Source: Minisyncoccota bacterium (GTDB taxonomy: Bacteria; Patescibacteriota; Microgenomatia; UBA1400; PJMF01). From it: a DNA stretch of 64,000 nt. A model generated the notes under the pieces. The model saw only the letters and a program-made list of their open reading frames with translations, had not been told where the DNA came from and did not search any database. The translations under genes and the position numbers were made by a program. Positions 26,970-37,308 of the stretch are shown piece by piece (position 1 is the first letter of the stretch; the number at the start of each line of letters is the position of its first letter). The DNA lies in assembly GCA_012515515.1 (NCBI GenBank), contig JAAYYE010000011.1:1723-65722 (forward strand), read 5' to 3'.

Positions 26970-28922
26970 ATGAAGCAAGATCAGCAACAAATACAATTTA
27001 AAAGACATCCAAAAAATCCACTTTTTTCTCCTCTTAGCAATAAGCTCACAAATCAAGAATGGCAAGCCAAAGCGGCTTTTAATCCTAGCCTAATTAAAGA
27101 AACAGCAGATAGTTATCACATGTTATATCGGGCCGTGTCTTTAGAAAAAGAGCATGCTGGTCAGTGGATGAATTTATCTAGCATTGCTTATGCAGAAAGT
27201 CGCAACGGGCTAGATTTTGAGCACTCACGCCAGTTAATTGTTCCAGAATATGATTGGGAAAAATTTGGTTGTGAGGATCCGCGAGTGACCTTTATAAATG
27301 GTCAGTATTATATTTTTTACACGGCGCTTGCCGATTATCCACACAGCGCCGATGGCATTCGCGTGGCAGTGGCTATTAGTGATGATTTAAGAACTATTAA
27401 AGAGAAACATTTGGTGACGCATTTTAACGCCAAAGCGATGGCCCTTTTTCCAGAAAAAATTAATGGTCAATATGTAGCAGTTTTAACACCCAACACCGAT
27501 CAGCCACCATCAATGATTGCTGTAGCTAGATTTGACGAGCTAGAAGATATTTGGTCTCCAGGATATTGGGAAAAATGGTATCAATGTGTGGGGCGCCACC
27601 AAATTAATTTAGAGCGCATCGACAGCGATCAAATTGAAGTGGGCGCAGTCCCAATCAAAACGAAGGATGGCTGGTTATTAATATATGCTCATATTCAAAA
27701 TTATCCCACCGAAAACAAAAGAATATTCGGGATTGAGGCTGCTCTAGTAGATTTAGCAGATCCACGAACAATAATTGCTAGAACCAAAGGGCCACTGCTC
27801 ACACCAGCAGCCGACTATGAAGGCGACGGCATGGTACCCAATGTTATTTTTCCCTCATCAGCTTTAATTGAAAATGATAAATTGCGTTTATATTATGGAG
27901 CCGCCGATACCCATTGTGCTGCTGCAGATATTTCTTTAGCAGAGCTGATTAAAGACATGAAAGCCAATCCCTTTAAAGAAACTTATCACTTAGTTAAATA
28001 TCGACGCAATCCAATTTTAAGCCCGCGTAGTGAGAACTTTTGGGAAGCAAATTCAGTTTTTAACCCAGCAGCAGTGCATGTTGGAGATAAATATTACTTG
28101 GTGTATCGTGCTCAATCTCCAGATAATACCTCAACATTGGGTTTAGCAGAAAGCGACGATGGTTTTAATTTTAAACGCTATCACGAGCCAATTTATGTGC
28201 CACGCAAAGCCTTTGAACAAAAAGCTGAACCTGGCAGATTATCTGGCTGTGAAGATCCGCGCATTACTCGCATGGGCGATGAATTTCTGATGTTTTATAC
28301 TGCCTATGATGGTATTAATCCACCCAGAGTGGCACTGAGCTCGATTGCTGTCAGTGATTTTGTTAATCATAATTGGCAGTGGTCAGAGCCGATAGTTATT
28401 TCTTCACCAGAAATCGATAATAAAAATAGTTGTTTGTTCCCTGAAAAAGTCCGCGGTCGCTATGTCATTTTACATCGTATGGCTGGCAAAGAAATTGCCA
28501 TCGATTACCTTGACGATCTCAGTCAACTGCAAAACGAAGGCGTTTGGTTGGAAAAAGAACAATCAATTTCTCCGATTACAGAACACTGGGACGGTCTTAA
28601 AATTGGTATTGCTGGCCCCCCTTTACTAGTGGATCAAGGCTGGCTGTTGCTTTATCACGGTGTGTCAGATATCGATCATCATTACCGAGTTGGTTTTATG
28701 CTTTTGGATAGAGATGAGCCTGGAAAAGTTTTATATCGCTCACCTTATCCAATTTTACGACCCACCGAACCCTTTGAGCGCATTGGTGATGTGGACAATG
28801 TTGTTTTCCCCTGTGGAGCAGTGATTGTTGATGGCACCTTGTTTGTTTATTACGGTGGAGCAGACAAAGTAGTCTGTGTGGCCACAGCCGATCTCAGCGA
28901 ATTATTAGCCCAAATTAAATAA
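26970..28922 (+). CDS. Tandem two-domain GH130-family-like glycosidase/phosphorylase
   Basis: Two copies of the family box (FGCEDPRVTFINGQYYIFYTAL and SGCEDPRITRMGDEFLMFYTAYDG). The C-terminal 45 aa nearly match the C-terminus of the previous gene. Confidence 0.65.
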   Translation: MKQDQQQIQFKRHPKNPLFSPLSNKLTNQEWQAKAAFNPSLIKETADSYHMLYRAVSLEKEHAGQWMNLSSIAYAESRNGLDFEHSRQLIVPEYDWEKFGCEDPRVTFINGQYYIFYTALADYPHSADGIRVAVAISDDLRTIKEKHLVTHFNAKAMALFPEKINGQYVAVLTPNTDQPPSMIAVARFDELEDIWSPGYWEKWYQCVGRHQINLERIDSDQIEVGAVPIKTKDGWLLIYAHIQNYPTENKRIFGIEAALVDLADPRTIIARTKGPLLTPAADYEGDGMVPNVIFPSSALIENDKLRLYYGAADTHCAAADISLAELIKDMKANPFKETYHLVKYRRNPILSPRSENFWEANSVFNPAAVHVGDKYYLVYRAQSPDNTSTLGLAESDDGFNFKRYHEPIYVPRKAFEQKAEPGRLSGCEDPRITRMGDEFLMFYTAYDGINPPRVALSSIAVSDFVNHNWQWSEPIVISSPEIDNKNSCLFPEKVRGRYVILHRMAGKEIAIDYLDDLSQLQNEGVWLEKEQSISPITEHWDGLKIGIAGPPLLVDQGWLLLYHGVSDIDHHYRVGFMLLDRDEPGKVLYRSPYPILRPTEPFERIGDVDNVVFPCGAVIVDGTLFVYYGGADKVVCVATADLSELLAQIK

Positions 28923-29027
28923 TTTATTCTTGGCTTGCCAGACAATTATCTTAATTTTATATTATAAATATATGTAGATATATCCACTTATACATATATA
29001 TAAGTTTATTTTCACGGATAAAAAGAC

Positions 29028-29055
29028 TTGCACAAGTCAATAAGTATAGTAAAAT
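29028..29055 (+). promoter_or_regulatory. Candidate promoter TTGCAC-16-TAAAAT for the giant surface-protein gene
   Basis: Hexamers at 29028-33 and 29050-55, in an AT-rich region upstream of the ATG at 29133. Confidence 0.3.
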
Positions 29056-29132
29056 AAGGGCAAACACTCGTTGATTATGTGTTAATTAATTGGTCTGTTG
29101 CAACACGACGAGTAGTACAAAAGGTATCTATT

Positions 29133-32100
29133 ATGAAAAAACGCACCCGCGCTCTCTTTCTTAAAGTAATTACTTTTTTCCAAATTTTCTCTCTCATTTT
29201 TCAACCCCTAAGCTTATTATCTTTGTTAGTACTTGATCCTGTCGTGGCAAGAGCTCAAGATGAAGTTGTACTTGAGGAGCAGATTTCTGTAGAGCCAATG
29301 GCAGAAGCCAATGTTCAAGCAGAATCAGTAGTGGATGAAGATGCCGAAGAGATCATTGAGCATGAAGACGCAGATGATGATCTAATAGATATTGAAGAAG
29401 ATCTTGAAGAAGAATCTGAAGAAGAGTCTGAAGAAATTCCAGAAGAAATTCTGCCAGTGGCAGATGAAGAAGAGCCTAGCGAGGATGATGCTAGTGCTGA
29501 AGCAGATCTAGAATTATCAATCCCAGAACCAACTTTAACTTTAATTCCTACCCCGATGCCAACAGAGTCAGTAGCTGAAAGTAAGGAAGACAATTCTTTA
29601 ATGCTGGGTGATTTTATGTTTAGTTTAAATTCCGAAGGAGCAGGAGAATACACTATTTCTGGTACTAGTGGTATTTGGACATCAACAAGTAATAATAACA
29701 TCGTTAGTGGTAGAAATACTAACTATATAAAATGGCCAACATCTGGTAATCAAAGTGGTCTTCGCTTTACAGGGGTTAGTAGCTTTAACTTTAACGAAGA
29801 GCAGACTTTTTCTCTAGGTAAGTTGGAGCATTTTAACTATCCTGTAAGTAGTGCAATAACGAAAGCTACTCTTAGTGTGGATATAAATATATCTAATCCT
29901 AACTTAGGTACAAAAACTTTCGAATTTGAAATGCTTATTGATGAAACTGATAATGTTGCTGGGAGATGTCCTAGTTGGCATACGTATGGCCACCCCGCCT
30001 GTGATGACAAAATTACTTTTCCCACATCATACGCTAAACAAACCTTTGACATGGGTGGGAAAAAATATACATTAGAGATAACAGGATTTATTAATTCTTC
30101 TGGAACTAAGGTTAATGAATTTATTACAGAAGAGAGCAAAACAAATGAGGCTACATTAGTTGGTAAGCTAACATCTGTAGATTCCGAGGTAGCTATTTGT
30201 CATGCAACTGGAGATGAATCTAATCCTTATCAAAAAATTACTGGTGTTGATGCAAATGCTACTGTAGGTGATCATGATAGTGACAATGGAGATGCTTGGT
30301 ATCCTGGGATTACTGGAACTTGGGGCGATATTATTCCTAGATTTTTGTATTTTGATGGAAGCGGTAATATTCAAGCATATGAAGGAAAAAATAATGATGA
30401 ATACGGTCTTTCCCTTTTAGCAAATAATTGTGAACTTCCTAGTGGAGAAATTGAAGTAAAAAAGGTTACTGTTCCAGAGGGAAACAACACATCTTTTGGT
30501 GTTACTGGAACTGGTGTAGCTTCTATTTCTAACTCTCCAGTTACATTTATAGATGGAAATACAGGAACTATTTCAGCGACAGAGTCAAAAACATTCAAAG
30601 TATATCCAGGTAAATATTCATTTACTGAAACTCTACCCAGTGGTTGGATACAAACAGGTAATACTTGTAATAATATTGAAATTGAAAATGATGATGAAAA
30701 GTCTTGTACTATTACAAATACTCTTCAGCACGGAACATTAACACTCGTTAAAAAAGTTGTTAACAATAATGGGGGACAATCATTAGCCTCTGCTTGGACA
30801 TTATCTGCTATTGGAAGTGAGGAAAACTTAAGTGGTAAAGGAACTCAAGATCAAAATGAAAATAAAGCCGTACTGGAACTAAAAAATGTTAAAGCAGGAA
30901 CATATACTCTCTCAGAAGCAGGTCCTGCTGGATATGGTGCAAGTGATTGGAGTTGTAAAGATGATGATACAGGAAATGATGTAGCTCACCCAGTTACATT
31001 AGCAGGAGGCCAAAAAGTCACCTGTGCTATTACTAATGATGATATTCAACCTAAGCTTACTGTGACAAAAATAGTTGAAGGTGGAAATAAAAATGTAAGT
31101 GATTTTAAACTCTATGTCGGAAACACTGAAGTAACTAGTGGTCAGCAAACAGGGTTTAATGCAGGAACATATACTGTTAGAGAAGATACCGATTTAGATT
31201 ATAAATCTGTCATAGGAGATGATTGTGCTTCAAATGGCAGTATTACTCTAGCCCCAGGAGATGTTAAAGAGTGTACTATTACTAATACTAGAAAAACTGG
31301 ACAAGTCTCCTTTACTAAAAATGTCACATACGGTGATGCACAACCAAGCAATTGGTCTTTTGCTGTGTATAAAGAAGGTGTGTTGGTGGGTACGTATGAT
31401 CACAATAGTTCAGTGGCATTAGCTACAGGAGTATATACAGTACAAGAAGTGGGTTCCACTTCTTCTTTACCTTACTATTTAGATAGTATAGGAGGGACAG
31501 CATGTAGTGGAACTGTTTTATCTGGAGTTGCACAACTTACAGTAACAGAAAGTGGAGGTACCTGTATATTTGGAAACTCAAAGAAACCTCAGCTTACTGT
31601 TATCAAAGTAGTAGAGCCTACGGATAGTACAGATATCTTTGGTTTTACAATAACTGAAAGTGATGAAGATATAAGTGAATTTACTTTAGGTCATAGCGAA
31701 CCAAAAACTGTAGATGTTATGCCTGGTTCATACACTATTACAGAAACAGGAGCTACAGGATACAGTACTAAAATAGAGTGTACTGATGATCTAATTCCTA
31801 CTTTTGCTACTGCACGCACTATTTCATTAAATGCAACAGAAAATAAATTCTGTAAATTTACTAATACAAAATTAGGTTCTATCTCTGGAACTAAATGGAA
31901 CGACATAAATGGTGATGGAATTAAAGATGAGGGAGAAGAAGCTGTAGAAGGAGTACAGATTTGTATAGATGCAAATGCAAATAGTGTTTGTAATGAGGGT
32001 GAGGTTTCTGTAGCTACAGATGCTTCTGGAAGCTATACTTTTTCTAACCTCTTACCTGGTTCATATACCATTATTGAAACACTTAATTCGGGTTGGGAGC

Positions 32101-35100
32101 AGACATATCCAGCAGGAAGCCATACGGTTGTACTCTCGGCTGGAGAGGTTGAGACTGATCATAATTTTGGCAACTGGAAACTTAAACCAGGAATTAATGT
32201 GGTTAAAAAATCAACCACAGAATTTGTTACGGATGCCGGTCAAGTAGTGCCATATACTTTTACTGTTACTAACATTGGAAATCAGATTTTAACCGGAATT
32301 ACTGTTTTAGATCTAAACTGTGATGTTGCACCTGCTTATCAGTCAGGTGATACAAACGAAGATAGCGAGCTTAATTTAAACGAAACTTGGATTTACACCT
32401 GTAGTCACACTGTCACTCAAGATGAAGTTGATGTTGGTGGCGAGCTTCATAACAAGGTCACTGTCGATTCTAGCGAATCAGAACCTGAAGAAGATGAGAA
32501 AGATATTCCGATCACACAAAGTCCTAAACTATCTATAGAAAAGACTGGAGTATTTGATGATGGAACTGATGGCATTACAAATCCAGGAGATTTAATTACC
32601 TACACCTTTAAGGTAACGAATACGGGTAATCTTACTTTAACGGGAATAACTGTTACAGACCCATTACTAGGAGGTGCTATTACATCTTGTTCAGCTACCG
32701 TTCTAGCAGTAGGTGCAGATATGACCTGTACAGCAACTTATGCAATTACCCAAGCAGATATTGATGCGGGTAAAGTAGATAACACAGCAATTGCAGATTC
32801 AGAAGAATCAGAAGAAGCAAAAGATGATGAAACAGTTGAATTAGAACAAAGTCCTGAATTATCTATAGTTAAAACAGCAAATCCTATTACATACAACAAG
32901 GTTGGAGATAAGATATCTTACAGTTATGTTGTAACCAACACAGGTAATGTTACCTTAAAAGGCCCATTTACTGTTACAGATGACAAAACAGATACGAGCT
33001 GTCCAGAACCAGAAAGTTTAGCACCAAACGGATCTATTACTTGTGGTGCAACTTATACTATCACTCAGGCGGATCTTGAGAGCCAATCGGTTACCAATAT
33101 TGCATTTGCTTCCAATGATAAAGTAACTTCTGATAAAGATAGTGCAACAGTAACTTCTGTAGCAGGAAAAATAATAATTGAAAAACAAACTCTTCCTGAT
33201 GGATCTGCAGAATCATTTGAATTTAATCCAACTTGGAGTGAAAGTAACTTTAATCTAACAGATGGAGAGAAAAACGAAAGCGGATGGTTAGCTGCAGGCA
33301 CATATTCAGTTTCAGAAATTGTCCCAAGTGGTTGGCAATTAACTGATATTGAGTGTGATAGTGAAAACACTACATCTACTGTAGGTTACAATACAAACTC
33401 TGCTAATATAACTCTTGGAAATAGTGATATTGTAACATGTGTATTCACTAACTCTAAAAAAGGTACTCTTACAGTAATTAAGGATGATAATATCGATAGT
33501 GGTCAAGAATTTACATTCTACGCATTACAAGGAGGAGCACAGAGAGAAACCCGATTCACCCTGTCTGATGATGGAAGTAATAATGCTGAAAAGAATAGCA
33601 AAACATTTGTAGGATTAGTATCTATTCCATACAAAGTAAGAGAAGTTGTTCCAACAGGATGGAGTGCATCTTTGGTAAGCTGTACATCTAACAATCCAAT
33701 GCCTAACCCAGATAACAGCTTGGGAACCGGAGAAATGAGTATTTCATTAAGACCAGGTGAAAATATTATCTGTACCTTCATAAATACTCGAGACACAGGT
33801 TCTATAAAAGTAAATAAATATACAGATATAAATGGAGATGGTGATTGGAATGATAGAAACGAAAAAGATAATTCTAATGCAAATAAATTAGGATTTAGAT
33901 GGAGTATAGATGGTGGAGACGAGAATAAAATGGGAGATAAAGTATCTGGTATACATACAGGAACATATTCAATAACGGAATCAATGCCCGATGGCTATCA
34001 CTTCGTTTCTTGGTACTATACTAAGGAAAATGGCAAATCCTGTACTAATCCAAATGGAACAACTTTTCCTTCTTCACTTGATGTTACAAAGGGAAACACA
34101 ACTGAAATCACAATGTGTAATGTAAGAGATACGGGTACGGTTACCATTATTAAAAATTCTGTCAATGAAAGTGGACAAGACTTTTACTTTAAGACAGATT
34201 TCCCTTCTGGAGGATTTTTCTTAGAAGATGATGGGCGTGATAATCATGGAACTCCCAATCAAAGAACATTTACCCTGCCAACGGGTGAGTATTATGTCGA
34301 TGAAAGAGAATATACTGGTTGGCAATTAACTGATCTGGATTGTGAGGGAGATGCTGAGTCTGTAGTTGATTTGGCTACGGGACGAGTAGATATCAACTTA
34401 CAGGCCAATGAAGAGATTACCTGTACCTTTACCAATACCCAATTAGCAAAAATTTGGGGATATAAATATAATGATAAAAATGGCAACGGCTCTTGGAATT
34501 TGGGTGAATGGGGTTTGGGTAACTGGAGAATCTTTTTAGATGAGAATGGTAATGGGATATATAACAAGCCAGAAGCCAGTACCCTCACCAGCAATTTCCC
34601 ACTGTTACTCACTTTGGGATATTACCAATTCGACAATCTATTACCAGGAGATTATACAGTCTGTGAAACACAAAAAGCTGGCTGGAGCAATACAAGTCCG
34701 CTTTGTAGAACCATCACTTTAAAGCCTGGTGAAATTGCTAATGTGAATTTCTTCAATATTCAGTATGGGCAGTTAAGCGTGCACAAGTATTATGACCAGA
34801 ATGGTGATGGACTTTTAGACGAGGGCGAGCAAGGATTAGAAGGCTGGGAGATGAATGTCTACAAAGGTAATAATTGTTGGGGCGAGCCAATGGCTAGTGA
34901 TCTTACTAATGATCATGGTTATGCAGTCTTTGAAAACTTAGTGCCTGGACAATACTCTGTTAAGGAAACTCTAGAGGATGGTTGGGAAACAACCAGCGAT
35001 GTTTGTACTACTATAAAAGTGGACCCAGCAAGCCATAAAACTGTTGATATTGGCAATCGATTGATCGATAGTCAATTAATGATCGAAAAAACCAACGATG

Positions 35101-36692
35101 CTTGGCCAAACGATCAAGAAATTGGTGACGAGGTGACTTATACCATTAAACTTATGGCAACTGATGGCCCGGTTTATGATGTGTCACTCTTTGATTTACC
35201 ACCGCATGCTTTTAGCTATGTGGCAGGTAGTTATACGGCTGACTCTTCGATTGCTGGTGATTTAAGTCTCTCTGAACCCAATTATGCTTCGCCAGGAGAA
35301 TGGCAGCTAGGTGATTTAGCCAAAGACGAAATTGTCACCGTGAGCTATAAAGCGATTATTGGTGATGAGGCTGACGCGGGTATTTACCCAGATGCAGCTT
35401 GGGCTACTGGCACTAGCGCTGAAGCTCAATATTTTGGGAAAAAAGCAGATTTATTAGCTTTGTCTGATCCAGACTTTAAGGCTGATAATGGTGAAGTGGC
35501 TTTCCTAGGTGAGCAGGGTCATTATGGCGAAGAGCATTTTGTTGGCACTCGGGTGGCAGTGGTCACTGATGAGACGCCAAGCGCTAAATACAAGGTTGAG
35601 AAGATTAAAGAAAAAGAGGGCGCAGTGCTCGGTGCGATTTTACCAGCAACTGGTGCCAACTTCTGGCTCAGCCTCTTAGCCATAATAAGTATTTTAACTG
35701 GTACGGGCTTACTCTTAGTGCCCAATCGTAAGCGTCGCCAAGGAAAGGTGCTAATGATGCTTTTAATGCTAGGTTTAGGCTTATTAATGGCCAAACCAGT
35801 TCAAGCGCTAACCTCAGTTAGACTGGCTCAGCCATATAATAGCAGTGCTGAGCTTGATCAAGATGCGATCACTAATCAAGACGAATTCCGCATTGATTTT
35901 GTGATCCTCAATACTGATGGTGCAAGTCTTACTGCTCAATGTCAGCAACAAGAAGATGGTGGAGCTTGGACTAATATTGACACTGTTTATACGGCGAAAG
36001 CTGGCGGCAATTCTGGTTATTGTGAGGCTAAAGATTTAGCTAACAGCAGCCAATATGCTTTCCGAGTCTTAACTAGCGACGGAGAAGAAAGTCAAAGCGT
36101 CAAGGTTGGTCTAGAAACCGATCGTCCTAAAAAACCAGTCAGTTACGAGAAGCATGAAATCAGTTCTTGTAAATATGAAATTAAATTTAAAACGGCTGAT
36201 GATGGACGAACCAGCAAGGTTGAGGTCTATCGTAGCGATGACAATGTTTCATTTACTGCTAAAGCCAGTAGTCGCATTAAAACGATTACGATTGGCTCAG
36301 ATGAAAAACACAGTTTTGAAACAACTCGACCTGATTGCGACAAAGATTATTATTATGCTATTCGCGCTTTTGACCAGTATGGCAACGCCTCAGACTTAGT
36401 TGGTGATCGGGAAGTGAAGACGGTCATTGTTGAAGGCACTGAAGCAGAAGAAGCAGGCGCTCTTGCAGTCACTGAAACCGTCGTTTTAGACGGAGATGTA
36501 GGTGATGCTGGCGTCCTCAGCGAAGGTTTACTTGGCGAAGAAGTGGCAGAAGACGAAAAAGGGACAATTTTAGGCATAGATACAGAAAGTCTAGTGTCCT
36601 TTTTAACCAAAGTTGCTTTACCAATTTTAGTCTTTGTTACCATCGCGATTTTAGTTTATCGCTTGGTCATTGCGAAGCGTAATGAAAAATAA
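29133..36692 (+). CDS. Giant (~2,500 aa) surface adhesin: signal peptide, acidic region, multiple DUF11 and SdrD-B/CnaB-type repeats, internal LPATG sorting signal, then FN3-like module with C-terminal TM anchor (possibly two genes, see findings)
   Basis: MKKRTRALFLKV... signal peptide. Acidic DE-rich block. DUF11 repeats (VTNTGN.TLTGITVTD). CnaB/SdrD-B-like repeats (GTKWNDINGDGIKDEGE...). LPATG at 35640-35654 followed by a hydrophobic stretch and NRKRR. The frame then continues into a second signal-peptide-like segment and FN3-like domains. Confidence 0.7.
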   Translation: MKKRTRALFLKVITFFQIFSLIFQPLSLLSLLVLDPVVARAQDEVVLEEQISVEPMAEANVQAESVVDEDAEEIIEHEDADDDLIDIEEDLEEESEEESEEIPEEILPVADEEEPSEDDASAEADLELSIPEPTLTLIPTPMPTESVAESKEDNSLMLGDFMFSLNSEGAGEYTISGTSGIWTSTSNNNIVSGRNTNYIKWPTSGNQSGLRFTGVSSFNFNEEQTFSLGKLEHFNYPVSSAITKATLSVDINISNPNLGTKTFEFEMLIDETDNVAGRCPSWHTYGHPACDDKITFPTSYAKQTFDMGGKKYTLEITGFINSSGTKVNEFITEESKTNEATLVGKLTSVDSEVAICHATGDESNPYQKITGVDANATVGDHDSDNGDAWYPGITGTWGDIIPRFLYFDGSGNIQAYEGKNNDEYGLSLLANNCELPSGEIEVKKVTVPEGNNTSFGVTGTGVASISNSPVTFIDGNTGTISATESKTFKVYPGKYSFTETLPSGWIQTGNTCNNIEIENDDEKSCTITNTLQHGTLTLVKKVVNNNGGQSLASAWTLSAIGSEENLSGKGTQDQNENKAVLELKNVKAGTYTLSEAGPAGYGASDWSCKDDDTGNDVAHPVTLAGGQKVTCAITNDDIQPKLTVTKIVEGGNKNVSDFKLYVGNTEVTSGQQTGFNAGTYTVREDTDLDYKSVIGDDCASNGSITLAPGDVKECTITNTRKTGQVSFTKNVTYGDAQPSNWSFAVYKEGVLVGTYDHNSSVALATGVYTVQEVGSTSSLPYYLDSIGGTACSGTVLSGVAQLTVTESGGTCIFGNSKKPQLTVIKVVEPTDSTDIFGFTITESDEDISEFTLGHSEPKTVDVMPGSYTITETGATGYSTKIECTDDLIPTFATARTISLNATENKFCKFTNTKLGSISGTKWNDINGDGIKDEGEEAVEGVQICIDANANSVCNEGEVSVATDASGSYTFSNLLPGSYTIIETLNSGWEQTYPAGSHTVVLSAGEVETDHNFGNWKLKPGINVVKKSTTEFVTDAGQVVPYTFTVTNIGNQILTGITVLDLNCDVAPAYQSGDTNEDSELNLNETWIYTCSHTVTQDEVDVGGELHNKVTVDSSESEPEEDEKDIPITQSPKLSIEKTGVFDDGTDGITNPGDLITYTFKVTNTGNLTLTGITVTDPLLGGAITSCSATVLAVGADMTCTATYAITQADIDAGKVDNTAIADSEESEEAKDDETVELEQSPELSIVKTANPITYNKVGDKISYSYVVTNTGNVTLKGPFTVTDDKTDTSCPEPESLAPNGSITCGATYTITQADLESQSVTNIAFASNDKVTSDKDSATVTSVAGKIIIEKQTLPDGSAESFEFNPTWSESNFNLTDGEKNESGWLAAGTYSVSEIVPSGWQLTDIECDSENTTSTVGYNTNSANITLGNSDIVTCVFTNSKKGTLTVIKDDNIDSGQEFTFYALQGGAQRETRFTLSDDGSNNAEKNSKTFVGLVSIPYKVREVVPTGWSASLVSCTSNNPMPNPDNSLGTGEMSISLRPGENIICTFINTRDTGSIKVNKYTDINGDGDWNDRNEKDNSNANKLGFRWSIDGGDENKMGDKVSGIHTGTYSITESMPDGYHFVSWYYTKENGKSCTNPNGTTFPSSLDVTKGNTTEITMCNVRDTGTVTIIKNSVNESGQDFYFKTDFPSGGFFLEDDGRDNHGTPNQRTFTLPTGEYYVDEREYTGWQLTDLDCEGDAESVVDLATGRVDINLQANEEITCTFTNTQLAKIWGYKYNDKNGNGSWNLGEWGLGNWRIFLDENGNGIYNKPEASTLTSNFPLLLTLGYYQFDNLLPGDYTVCETQKAGWSNTSPLCRTITLKPGEIANVNFFNIQYGQLSVHKYYDQNGDGLLDEGEQGLEGWEMNVYKGNNCWGEPMASDLTNDHGYAVFENLVPGQYSVKETLEDGWETTSDVCTTIKVDPASHKTVDIGNRLIDSQLMIEKTNDAWPNDQEIGDEVTYTIKLMATDGPVYDVSLFDLPPHAFSYVAGSYTADSSIAGDLSLSEPNYASPGEWQLGDLAKDEIVTVSYKAIIGDEADAGIYPDAAWATGTSAEAQYFGKKADLLALSDPDFKADNGEVAFLGEQGHYGEEHFVGTRVAVVTDETPSAKYKVEKIKEKEGAVLGAILPATGANFWLSLLAIISILTGTGLLLVPNRKRRQGKVLMMLLMLGLGLLMAKPVQALTSVRLAQPYNSSAELDQDAITNQDEFRIDFVILNTDGASLTAQCQQQEDGGAWTNIDTVYTAKAGGNSGYCEAKDLANSSQYAFRVLTSDGEESQSVKVGLETDRPKKPVSYEKHEISSCKYEIKFKTADDGRTSKVEVYRSDDNVSFTAKASSRIKTITIGSDEKHSFETTRPDCDKDYYYAIRAFDQYGNASDLVGDREVKTVIVEGTEAEEAGALAVTETVVLDGDVGDAGVLSEGLLGEEVAEDEKGTILGIDTESLVSFLTKVALPILVFVTIAILVYRLVIAKRNEK
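35640..35654 (+). other. Internal LPATG sortase recognition motif (LPxTG + hydrophobic + RKRR tail) not followed by a stop codon
   Basis: The sequence ILPATGANFWLSLLAIISILTGTGLLLVPNRKRRQGK then continues in frame. An AAGGAAAGG RBS lies 5 nt before the in-frame ATG at 35754. Confidence 0.6.
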
Positions 36693-37308
36693 AAAAGCTT
36701 GCCCTAAGCTAAGGCTGGTTTTGGCCAGCCTGTTGATTATCGCTGGGTTAACGATTTTACTGGTGGCTTATGGGCCAATTTTAGTGGCTGAACTGCGCTT
36801 TGTTTTTCGCCAGCGTAATTCTCAATTAATTGACAATGGTCAAGCTAGCTCTCAATTTACCGAAATCAAGCCTGTCGACGAGGACTTTAGCATCGTAATT
36901 CCCAAGATTAATGTGAATGCCGCCATCGTCCAAGATGTTGATCCTTATAGTTCTTTTGAGTATCAGCGGCAGTTGGCTAAGGGTGTGGCTCATGCGGCAG
37001 GCACCGCTTTGCCCGATGAGGAGCGCAGTATGTTTTTGTTTGCTCATGCTAGTGGCGATATTTTGATGGCGCGCCGCTATAATTCAGTGTTTTATTTGTT
37101 GAACAAATTGGAGGCGGGCGACCAGCTGCTGATTTACTATCGCGGCGCGCCCTATCACTACCAAGTTATCTCTAGTAAAGAGGTTGCTCCTGATGCTATT
37201 GCTTATTTAGAAAACAATGATGAAAGTGATCTAATTTTAATGACTTGTACGCCTCCTGGAACTACTTGGCGTCGCTTATTGGTTTTTGCTGATAAAATTT
37301 CTCCCTAG
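36682..37308 (+). CDS. Sortase-family transpeptidase (class E-like)
   Basis: One N-terminal TM helix. The catalytic segment LILMTCTP matches the sortase TLxTC motif. The ATG at 36682 overlaps the 3' end of the adhesin ORF by 11 nt. Confidence 0.6.
   Translation: MKNKKACPKLRLVLASLLIIAGLTILLVAYGPILVAELRFVFRQRNSQLIDNGQASSQFTEIKPVDEDFSIVIPKINVNAAIVQDVDPYSSFEYQRQLAKGVAHAAGTALPDEERSMFLFAHASGDILMARRYNSVFYLLNKLEAGDQLLIYYRGAPYHYQVISSKEVAPDAIAYLENNDESDLILMTCTPPGTTWRRLLVFADKISP

Noticed and set aside
29315-36643. Numerous 60-130-aa antisense or alternate-frame ORFs inside the giant adhesin gene
   Set aside because: Embedded in a 7.5-kb ORF with strong domain periodicity. These are low-complexity translations typical of repeat DNA.
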